Shown here: piece after piece, positions 29,004-38,000 of the stretch
Layout of the letters: each line of letters begins with the position of its first letter
Numbering within the stretch: the first letter of the stretch is position 1
From: Arcicella sp.
Lineage (GTDB): Bacteria > Bacteroidota > Bacteroidia > Cytophagales > Spirosomataceae
Direction of reading: 5' to 3'
Assembly: GCA_040403295.1 (NCBI GenBank)
Contig: JBBAKY010000002.1
Coordinates: 474 to 64,473, forward strand
DNA: 64,000 nt
Program-made: the position numbers and the translations under genes
The notes under the pieces: model-generated
What the model saw: the letters and a program-made list of their open reading frames with translations, nothing else
The model's database searches: none
Told to the model about the DNA's origin: nothing

Positions 29004-30601
29004 ATGAAAAAAAACATCAATGGCGTAGATTATAATATGCCTACCAGTAATAATGAAGTATTACAACTCATTTTACAAGCGCATCAAAACAATCAAAAAA
29101 TTTCTGTGAGAGGTGCCGCACACTCCATTCCGTTGGTAAAAACCAATGAAGAATACGGCAAATATCTGTACATCATCCTCGCCGAAATGAATAAAATACT
29201 TAGTTTTGATAAAGAAAAAGGTATTGTAAAAGTTCAGGCGGGGTGTCATCTTGGTTTAGACCCAAACGACCCAACGGGCATTTCCAAAATTGAAAATTCC
29301 TTAGTCTATCAAATTGACCCATTTGATGTTGAGGATGGTCAAAGAATTCCGAATACAAATCCAGGCTGGGCCTTACCTGATTTGGGTGGAATTTCGCACC
29401 AAACCATTGGCGGATTCATTGCTACAGGTTCATCAGGAGGCTCAGTTCATGCCAATTTTGAAGATGCGATTGTAAGTGTAGATATTGCTCATTTTGATGG
29501 TAATAATGCAGTTATCAAAACTTTAAACCGCTCTGACGATGAGAATGATGCGTTTTATGGAGTAGCATTTGCCAATTTAGGATTGATGGGCATTGTCGTT
29601 TCCGTTACTTTTCAGTGCATTCCATCTTATTATATTTATGGCAATGAAATTACAACGCTCACAACGGAATGTTCCATAGATTTATTCGGATCGGGTGTTA
29701 CAGCCACATCAACTTCCCCTGCTAAATTGAGTGTTGAAAACTTCTTCAAACAAGAAAACCTTTACTCTCGTTTTATGTGGTGGCCCCAGAAAGGAATTGA
29801 TAAAATGACCGTTTGGCAAGCCACAGGAACGCAAGTTTCGAAGACGCCAGATTGGCAAAATTTTAAATCAAAACCCTACAACGATTTACCTCCTTTCCCT
29901 TTCAAAAATGATTATACCCCTGCTAATATGGCAGTTTACTACATTTATTCGTGGCTTGATAATTGGCCCGATTGGTTAGAAAAACTGTTCGGGGTTGGTC
30001 CTCGCACCCGTGAAGCTATTGAGGCTTTTGCGGAAAAATTGACCCTACTATTCTTAAATTTATTTTGAAAATTTTTGAACCCATTGATAAACCCCAGACC
30101 TTTCAAGACATTTGGTGGAACGGCTTGCCAATGGATAATGAAGCCAGTGATTCTTGGTTTCCAGTTTGGTTTACGGAATTATGGATTTCAATCGACCAAA
30201 CCGAGGCAGTCATGAACGATTTGAACGTTTTTTTTGAAAGACCTGAAAATGCAGGAAATTTTTCGACTGAAATTTACGCAGCGGGAAGCAACCTATTTTG
30301 GATGTCTCCTGCCTACAAAATGGACGTTATCAGGATTGATATTTATTGGTTTGGCAACGACCAAGATGGCACGCCTCAAGACTATTATATTCCGTTTTGG
30401 AATGAATTAGAGAAATATAACTTCCGTCCACACTGGGCAAAATTCTTTCCCGCTCCCGATAGCAATCAAGGCATAGATTATCTCAGCAAACAATATCCAA
30501 AGTGGCAACAGTGGCGAGATTTACGGACAAAAATGGACCCAAATAATATCTTTTTAACGGAATATTGGGATAAAAATTTGAAGATTACGGATTTACTTTA
30601 A
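29004..30601 (+). pseudogene. FAD-linked aldonolactone oxidase (ALO/GULO family) split by a 1-nt frameshift at A5 30034-30038
   Basis: VRGAAHS (FAD His), LPDLGGISHQTIGGFIATGSSG and GLMGIV in ORF 1; FRPHWAK and DPNNIFLTEYW in ORF 2; one extra A gives ...EKIDPTILKFILKIFEP. Confidence 0.8.
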
Positions 30602-30630
30602 AAGTAAATGGGTTAAAATAATTCAATCAA

Positions 30631-30699
30631 TTCTCATGGCATTTCAATTTGCAATTTATTCGTTTTCCGTAACTTATAAGATTATTAATGCCATGAGAA
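30631..30699. repeat. 13-bp inverted repeat between the oxidase and HK2
   Basis: TTCTCATGGCATT (30631-30643) ... AATGCCATGAGAA (30687-30699). Confidence 0.6.
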
Positions 30700-30744
30700 A
30701 TTCACCGAAAATACTATTTTAATTTATTGCCCTTTCATAAACTT

Positions 30745-32672
30745 ATGGAAAAAGTCTTTCTCTTGCATACCCATACCGTTATGTCGTTGTTACTATTTTT
30801 ATTTGTAGCAGGTACATTTATTTTCATCAATAATTTAAAAGAAAATACTCCTTCAAAAAAGTGGTTTAAATTATTCTATTTAGGTCAACTTCTATGGCAG
30901 GGGGCTGATATATTGAGGTACAGCCTTCATCCGTCCATGGTTGGAAGCCTAATTTATCAACTTGATGTTTCGGTTTGGGCAATTCCCTCATTCTGTATTT
31001 TGGAAATCGCTTATTTACAGTTTCTGTATTTTTTTGTCGGTAATCCCTTCGAACGAGAACGGAAAACATTTCTATATCTTTCAATTTTTATATCTTGCAT
31101 TGTTGCCACTTTAACCTTTTGGAATGAATTTTACAATAAAAGTAACATCTTGATTTTCAACTTAATAGCTTTTGGATACGGATTTGTAATAAACGTATTG
31201 GCAATGATTCTGTGTATCCGGAAAGCAATATATTTTAACAAAAACCAAGAAAAAATATCAGCAAAAGGGAGTTTTTACATGGCTATCTTGAATTTTGGCT
31301 ATGTCATGACCAGTGTGATTGTTATCATTTTTGGTTTTTATAGTACCATTGGTTATTGGACTTTTTTCTTGATTGTTTGGATTGGAAATTTAACAGCGTT
31401 GGTTGTTTATATCAATTTTGGAGCTATTCCTACCAGTTTTCAAACCAAAATGATTGGCTTTACATTCATCATTGTTATGACCGTATTGATGATGGTAACG
31501 TTGGTTTTTTATCCGCTTTTACCGCCCACCGAAGTTGAAATTAGTACGACTCAACAAACAGGATTAACCAAATTAATTATTATTATTCTTTGTTCGATAT
31601 TCGTCTTAACTTTTATCCTGCCACGAATTTTGAGATATACTTTGACCGACCCACTTCAAAGACTTTTAGATGGTGTACAAAAGGTTAATTCGGGCGATTT
31701 AACCAGTAAAGTTACCATAGTTCATCCCGATGAAATTGGCAATATTACCGCCAATTTTAACCTTATGACCCAATCTTTAAAGCAATCAAAAGATGATTTG
31801 ATTCAATACGCTATGACGCTTGAACAAAAAGTAAATGACCGAACCGCCGAACTTCAACATTCACTCAATAATTTAAGGGAAACGCAAGCTCAATTGATTC
31901 AATCCGAAAAATTAGCCTCTCTTGGAGAACTCACCGCTGGCATTGCCCATGAAATTCAGAATCCCTTGAATTTTGTCAATAATTTTTCAGAATTGAGCAT
32001 GGAATTAGCCGAAGAATTGAAGGCGGAGATGCAAAAATTCAACATTGACCAAAAAATTGTAAATGACATACTGGACGATTTAAGCCAAAATCAGGAGAAG
32101 ATTAGTTATCATGGCAATCGGGCGAGTAGCATTGTTAAAGGAATGTAAGAGCATTCACGGACAAGTACAAGCGTGAAAGAGTTGACAGATATTAATGCAT
32201 TAGCAGATGAATACTTACGACTTACTTTTCATGGATTAAAAGCCAAAGAATCCAATAATGCTGAAATCAGGTTTAATTATGATTTTAAAACCGATTTTGA
32301 TAAGAATCTTCCTAAAGTTAAAGTAATCCCACAGGATTTTGGGCGAGTTTTATTAAATCTCATTAATAATGCTTTTTATGCTGTTAAACAAGTATCTAAT
32401 AAAAGGGCTAATTATAAACCATTAGTGACGATTAGTACTCATCATACTGACAATCAAGTTATTATAAAATACAAGATAATGGAATCGGGATGTCAGAAGC
32501 TACAAAAGCGAAAGTTTTTCAACCTTTTTTTACGACAAAACCCACAGGTGAAGGCACAGGCTTAGGACTAAGTTTAGCCTACGATATTATAACGAAAGGA
32601 CATGATGGGGCGATTGACGTTGAAAGCGTTGAGGGAGAAGGAACAACTTTTACAGTGACCTTACCAATCTAA
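30745..32672 (+). pseudogene. Multi-TM HAMP histidine kinase (HK2) with an internal TAA (32146-32148) and a frameshift (A4 at 32466-32469)
   Basis: Aligns with HK1: KGM*EHSRTSTSVKELTDIN versus KGMLEHSRTSTGTKELTDIN; adding one A restores IIKIQDNGIGMSEATKAKVFQPFF; HAMP PL.RL...V..V..GDL. Confidence 0.88.
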
Positions 32673-32902
32673 GAATAGTTAAATCTCAAGAAATAGAATC
32701 GGATAAAATCTGTTTTTAAGAATTTTATAATTTACTGATAATCAAATATTTATACATTAATAACAGATATTTTACGCTTGCCACTTATCATTTTCAGTTA
32801 ATAAATTATAGAGCTATTTTCCAATCTTATAAAGGAATCGTTATTTTTTTCTGTGTATTTTTAACATATTTAAATTCTCAAATTTCAACCCATGATGACT
32901 CC

Positions 32903-33538
32903 ATGAAAACAACTTTCAAACTCCCACTTTTCCTGTTAATATGCAATTTAACTTTTGCTCAAACAGGTAGTCTTTTTAAATTGAATACTGCTTTACCAAC
33001 GGATATGACGACCCAAAGTGAAGCTATGCTAAAAAGCAAAGATTTGTCATCCGATTTAGGGGCTATTGACATTTCTGAATTTATGGATTACATCAATAAT
33101 ACCGGGGGTCAATTTGAACAATTACTTTTTACTTTTAATGTAAAAAATAAGAAGAAATTGTACTTTACGGTAAGAGCCGCCAATCGAAATACGGGTGAAG
33201 TAACGCCAATGGCTTTTTCGAGTTTAAACAAAAAAATGACCATTGACGTTGCTGACAAAAAAGATTTTAATGATAAAAAAAATGTTTCATTCAATCCAAA
33301 TGGCTTTTTCTTAGAAAAAAATGATGTTTTAGCCATGTTAAACGAAGTTGGTGTTGAGAAGAAAAAAATAAAAATCAAAGCCGTTCATACAAAAGATAGC
33401 AGTCAGCAAAGTTTTATAAATTTATTATTTCAAGGTAGCGGCACAACGGATTCAGCTACAACTTTTTCAACTTTTAACGTAGCCGCAGGAAGATTAGCAC
33501 CCGAAACGGGTTGTCCTCCCTTCAATTGTATGGATTAG
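32903..33538 (+). CDS. Secreted hypothetical protein with C-terminal CPPFNC motif
   Basis: Signal peptide ending TFAQ; GFFLEKNDVLAMLN...IKIK...NLLFQG core; ends GRLAPETGCPPFNCMD. Confidence 0.8.
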   Translation: MKTTFKLPLFLLICNLTFAQTGSLFKLNTALPTDMTTQSEAMLKSKDLSSDLGAIDISEFMDYINNTGGQFEQLLFTFNVKNKKKLYFTVRAANRNTGEVTPMAFSSLNKKMTIDVADKKDFNDKKNVSFNPNGFFLEKNDVLAMLNEVGVEKKKIKIKAVHTKDSSQQSFINLLFQGSGTTDSATTFSTFNVAAGRLAPETGCPPFNCMD

Positions 33539-33578
33539 TAAGATTTAATATTTTCAGCACCACGAAAAACAACAATCT

Positions 33579-34226
33579 ATGGAATTGATGGACTTAGCCA
33601 GTTTTTTAGATGCTGGGGCAAATTATTTTGTGATACTACCCTTATGCTTCGGCTTTTTTTATTTTAAGCATACAAACGCATTATTGAAGCTTTTGATATT
33701 TGGTCTTATTCTAACGTTATTACAACTGATAATTCTCAAGATTTCAAACATCATTTCTTCTTTTATCTTTGGTTATATTTTGGCTGCCATAGATACGATT
33801 ACCGTTACTTTATTGATTGGCCAAACCATAACATCCAGACTCAATAGAAATATTTTCTTGATGATAGGAGTATTGCTTTTGCTATTTATTTTAATTGACT
33901 CTCAGTACATTACGTGTCTAAATAATTTTGGGATTTCAACTTTTATCGTCAAAATATTTATTGTAATTTCCGCTTTTATTTCGGTGAATCATCTATTTAA
34001 AATTAACCTCGAAAGAGAGATTTTTGACCAACCAATCGTCTGGATTTGTTTTGGTTTAATTTTCAATAACCTCTTTGGTTCATTTGAAATGTTTAGTTTG
34101 GCAATCATGAATTATTCCCAGAATTTAGTTCTGCAATATTACATACTACTTGCTTTGGTAAGGATTGTGATGTATTTATTTTTCAGTTATAGCTTTTACC
34201 TTTCCCAAAAAATTGAAAACAATTAA
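33579..34226 (+). CDS. Orphan polytopic membrane protein (about 6-7 TM)
   Basis: 215 aa, almost entirely hydrophobic; QPIVWICFGLIF and IVMYLFFSYSF segments; 11 nt from the next kinase. Confidence 0.8.
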   Translation: MELMDLASFLDAGANYFVILPLCFGFFYFKHTNALLKLLIFGLILTLLQLIILKISNIISSFIFGYILAAIDTITVTLLIGQTITSRLNRNIFLMIGVLLLLFILIDSQYITCLNNFGISTFIVKIFIVISAFISVNHLFKINLEREIFDQPIVWICFGLIFNNLFGSFEMFSLAIMNYSQNLVLQYYILLALVRIVMYLFFSYSFYLSQKIENN

Positions 34227-34237
34227 CTTAATATTTT

Positions 34238-35503
34238 ATGAAGAGAAATATATCGTTTATCTTTTCATTTTTGTTAGAATTTGTTCTTGTTATGTCATTA
34301 TATGCTCAAAAAAGTGATACTTTAACCAAAATCACGGCTGTTAAGTATGGCAATAATCAAGTAGGTTTTGGCACGGGTAATATTGATATTTTGCAAAATA
34401 AAATACCAAAATTAGCTTTCGATCAAAATTATCTTCAATTCAGTTTCCTCAACAAGAAAATCCCCAAAAACAAAACCTTCTACTACTATTTGGTAGGCTT
34501 AGATTACACTTGGATTAAGTGCGAAGATTGTAGCCAAGCACAATATGCTCACTTGAACGGAGGTAACTATACGTTTTTGGTAAAAACGGGTGAGAAGGGA
34601 GATGTTCCTGCCCAATTTAAGTTTTTTGTTGAAGGGGATATTATCCATAAATGGTGGTTTATTCCCATGCTGTTGATGTACGTATTGGCATTTTTAGGCA
34701 TTGGTGGTTATTTCTTTGTCCTTTTCCGTTTCAGGCAAAAGCTAATTCAGCAACGATTAATTCATCGAGAAAAGATGAAATCCATGTCCGAACTCACCGC
34801 TGGAATTGCCCATGAAATGCAGAATCCACTCAATTTTGTCACTAATTTTTCTGGAATGAGTGTAGAACTCGTTCAAGAATTGAATGATGAAATAGAAAAA
34901 TCGGAATTAGATAAAACATTGATTCGAGAATTAGTGAATAATATCCACCAAAACCAACAAAAAATTTATCAGCACGGGCAGCGAGCGAGCGGTATTGTGA
35001 ATGGTATGCTCGAACATTCAAAAATGAATATTGGACAATTTCAGCTAACCGATATCAATAAATTAATTGAACAACAACTCCGACTTGCCGAAAGTGTTTT
35101 TAGCAAATCAAATAAAGAATTTATCGTCGAGCTTCAATTTCAGAGTGATTCACAACTTCCCAAACTCAATATAATTCCTCAAGAGATTGGAAAAGCCCTT
35201 TTTAATATATTCAGTAATTCGTTTTTTGCGATGATAAAATTTGCCGCCCCTATGCTCAAAGTCACTACACAAAAATCTCATAATCAAATAGTTATCATTA
35301 TCAAAGATAATGGAACTGGAATGCCTGAAAGCGTAAGAAACAAAGTATTTCACCCTTTTTTCACCACAAGAAATACAGGCGAAGGCACGGGTTTAGGTTT
35401 GAGTTTAGCTTATGATATTATTACGAAAGGACACGGCGGGATGATTGAATGTGAGAGTGTAGAAGGTGAAGGAACTATTTTTACGGTAACATTACCAATC
35501 TAA
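34238..35503 (+). CDS. Sensor histidine kinase (HK3) with a periplasmic Y_Y_Y-like domain
   Basis: Signal peptide; FYYYLVGLDYTW...YAHLNGGNYTFLVK; WWF TM; ELTAGIAHEMQNPLNFV; DNGTG; GEGTGLGL. Confidence 0.92.
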   Translation: MKRNISFIFSFLLEFVLVMSLYAQKSDTLTKITAVKYGNNQVGFGTGNIDILQNKIPKLAFDQNYLQFSFLNKKIPKNKTFYYYLVGLDYTWIKCEDCSQAQYAHLNGGNYTFLVKTGEKGDVPAQFKFFVEGDIIHKWWFIPMLLMYVLAFLGIGGYFFVLFRFRQKLIQQRLIHREKMKSMSELTAGIAHEMQNPLNFVTNFSGMSVELVQELNDEIEKSELDKTLIRELVNNIHQNQQKIYQHGQRASGIVNGMLEHSKMNIGQFQLTDINKLIEQQLRLAESVFSKSNKEFIVELQFQSDSQLPKLNIIPQEIGKALFNIFSNSFFAMIKFAAPMLKVTTQKSHNQIVIIIKDNGTGMPESVRNKVFHPFFTTRNTGEGTGLGLSLAYDIITKGHGGMIECESVEGEGTIFTVTLPI

Positions 35504-35680
35504 AATCAAAAAACGCTCATCCTTTTCTGGCATTTAATAAGTAGCTAAGTAAGGCTTGAGCCATGTTTTCCAAATTTGAATTATGCTATTCTAAGGCCCC
35601 ATAGTTGAGAATTAAAAATTGAAACCATAGCACATGAATTTACAGAATTTACTGTTATATTACCCAATAAATAAAATAGC

Positions 35681-36055
35681 ATGAAGATTTTAGTAGTTGA
35701 CGATGAAAAGGATATTCAAACCCTTTTTGAGCAAAGATTCAGAAAAGAAATCAGAGAAAAAATAGTGGAATTGGTCTTTGCTTTTTCGGGCGAAGATGCC
35801 CTTACATACCTGCATCAACACGAGCAGGAAGCCGTTTTGATACTTTCTGATATCAATATGCCAGGCATGAGTGGACTTGAATTATTGCGTCAGATAAAAC
35901 AAGAATACCTAAAACCACCGCCCGTAGTAATGATGATAACAGCCTACGGTGACGATGAAAATTATAACCTTGCCAAAGAGTTGGGGGCGGATGATTTTTT
36001 GAATAAACCCGTTGATTTTACAATACTTAAAGAAAAATTAAAAATTAATCGCTAA
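35681..36055 (+). CDS. Single-domain response regulator (CheY-like)
   Basis: ILVVDDE, LSDINMPGMSG, ITAYG, FLNKPVDF. Confidence 0.95.
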   Translation: MKILVVDDEKDIQTLFEQRFRKEIREKIVELVFAFSGEDALTYLHQHEQEAVLILSDINMPGMSGLELLRQIKQEYLKPPPVVMMITAYGDDENYNLAKELGADDFLNKPVDFTILKEKLKINR

Positions 36056-37095
36056 TGGCAAAAATTTTAGTAGTAGATGATGAGCCAGATTTGGAGATGC
36101 TCATTAAACAGAAATTCCGCCAAAAAATAAGAGAACAAAAATACGAATTTGTTTTTGCTATTAATGGACAAGATGCCTTGGATAAAATTCAACTAAACAC
36201 CGATATTGACATCGTGTTGAGTGATATCAATATGCCCGAAATGGATGGATTAACCCTATTGAGCCATCTGAATGAATCTTCGCCTTTGATCAAATCAGTC
36301 ATCGTTTCAGCGTATGGCGACATGGAAAATATCCGAATTGCCATGAACCGAGGCGCATTCGATTTTATTACAAAACCCGTCAATTTCGAAGATTTATCGG
36401 TGACAATCGAACGAACCATTATGCACGTTGCCCAAATACGTGAGACCTTGAAAGCCATCAAAGAAAACAATATTCTTCGGATGTACGTGGACGAAACGGT
36501 GTTGAATTTTATGGGAAGCCGTGAATTTGAATCGTCGATTATGCTCAATGAAACCGTTGAAGCCACCGTTGTTTTTATTGACATTTGTGGATTCACGGCA
36601 ATCAGCGAAAATGAAACGCCCGATGCCGTAGTGAAATTATTGAACAATTATTTTGATGTAATGGTGAAGGAAATAATCGCTCAGGGAGGATATATCGACA
36701 AATTTATGGGCGATGCCATCATGGCGATTTTCAGAGGAGAATATCACTTAGATAGGGCAATTGATGCGTGTTTGGCAGTCAGAAAACAGATTGAAGAAAT
36801 GCCCGAAACGGCTCATCCCGTCCCTTTTACACCTCAATTATCCATCGGTTTGAATTCGGGCGAAATGATTTCGGGCAATATTGGTTCGGCCAACCTTCGC
36901 CGTTTGGATTATACCGTGATTGGGGATGTCGTAAATATTGCCCAACGCCTACAAAATACTGCCAACGCAGGGCAAATCATTATCAATGAAAGTGCGTATT
37001 TGAAAGTTAAAGAATCCTTTAATTGCAAGAAAGTAGGAGAAGTAACTTTGAAAAATAAAGCCATGCCGATGTTAGTTTATGAGGTAATGGATTAG
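36055..37095 (+). CDS. Receiver-adenylate/guanylate cyclase (class III)
   Basis: REC domain plus FIDICGFT, DKFMGDAIMA, GNIGS..RLDYTVIGDVVNIAQRLQ; TAATG-coupled to the upstream receiver gene. Confidence 0.95.
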   Translation: MAKILVVDDEPDLEMLIKQKFRQKIREQKYEFVFAINGQDALDKIQLNTDIDIVLSDINMPEMDGLTLLSHLNESSPLIKSVIVSAYGDMENIRIAMNRGAFDFITKPVNFEDLSVTIERTIMHVAQIRETLKAIKENNILRMYVDETVLNFMGSREFESSIMLNETVEATVVFIDICGFTAISENETPDAVVKLLNNYFDVMVKEIIAQGGYIDKFMGDAIMAIFRGEYHLDRAIDACLAVRKQIEEMPETAHPVPFTPQLSIGLNSGEMISGNIGSANLRRLDYTVIGDVVNIAQRLQNTANAGQIIINESAYLKVKESFNCKKVGEVTLKNKAMPMLVYEVMD

Positions 37096-37115
37096 GTAAT
37101 TTAGGTTATAATCTT

Positions 37116-37267
37116 GCCACCAAGGCACAAAGTCTCTAAGTTTTTTTAAGAGTGTAATGTAAGGATGAATAGCATTCGTCCAAACTATGAATAATGGACG
37201 AAGACTGTTCATCACTATCTTTTTTGATTCATTCTTTTAAAACGTAGAGACTTCGTGCCTTGGTGGC
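37116..37267. repeat. Nested palindromic MITE/REP-like element
   Basis: Outer arms GCCACCAAGGCAC(A/G)AAGTCTCTA (37116-37138 / 37245-37267); inner pair 37164-37182 / 37195-37213. Confidence 0.8.
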
Positions 37268-37292
37268 TAATCAACTTTTCCTTCAAGAAAAT

Positions 37293-37925
37293 ATGCCCCT
37301 ACAAAACAGAATAAGCCCTTTCAGCACGCTAACCGCCACGCCCGAACATGGTGCGTGGACGGGAAACAGAGGGGTAATCCACAACGCAAACAAGAAAATT
37401 CTTAGAAATCATGCCGTAAAATATTGGATAACGTGCGTGTTGGAATACAAAAATTTCCAAAGAAAAGTGATGACTCCGAATCGTTGGACGGAATTGTTTT
37501 TCTTGGATGAAACTACCGCTTTTGCGGCTGGACATCGCCCGTGTGGATTTTGTCGAAATCCAGATTTTAAACGATTCAAAACCCTTTGGTTATTGGCAAA
37601 CGGTCAACGATATGATTTAGGGAAAGAGACTAAAATTGATACGATTGATGCTTTGATTCATCAGGAAAGGTTAGACTCCAACGGTTCTCAAAAGACTTTC
37701 AAAGCAAATTTAGCAACTTTACCCGATGGCACTTTTATCTCTTTTGGTGAAAAATCAAGCGCTTATTTATGGCATCAGCAAAAACTCTATGAATGGTCGT
37801 TTGCTGGCTACAAGAAAGTTTTGAGATTTGTACAAAATCAAGAAGTGGAGGTTTTGACTCCTTTTAGTTATGTAGAAACTTTTAGGGTTGGGTATTTACC
37901 ACAGATTCACTTTTCGGCGGAATGA
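37293..37925 (+). CDS. Conserved hypothetical protein with AAGHRPCGFCR motif
   Basis: MPLQNRI start; GNRGVIH, WITCVL, TELFFLDETTAFAAGHRPCGFCR, LPDGTF, VLTP. Confidence 0.8.
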   Translation: MPLQNRISPFSTLTATPEHGAWTGNRGVIHNANKKILRNHAVKYWITCVLEYKNFQRKVMTPNRWTELFFLDETTAFAAGHRPCGFCRNPDFKRFKTLWLLANGQRYDLGKETKIDTIDALIHQERLDSNGSQKTFKANLATLPDGTFISFGEKSSAYLWHQQKLYEWSFAGYKKVLRFVQNQEVEVLTPFSYVETFRVGYLPQIHFSAE

Positions 37926-38000
37926 TATTTCAAAACTAAGTAAAAAACTATACCCTATAATCTTTTATAAAAAAAACAACCGAAATAAAAGATTAAAACC

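Noticed and set aside
30028-30068. Programmed -1 ribosomal frameshift in the oxidase
   Set aside because: G_GAA_AAA is not a canonical X_XXY_YYZ slippery site, no clear stimulatory hairpin follows, and the first product would be a non-functional half enzyme.
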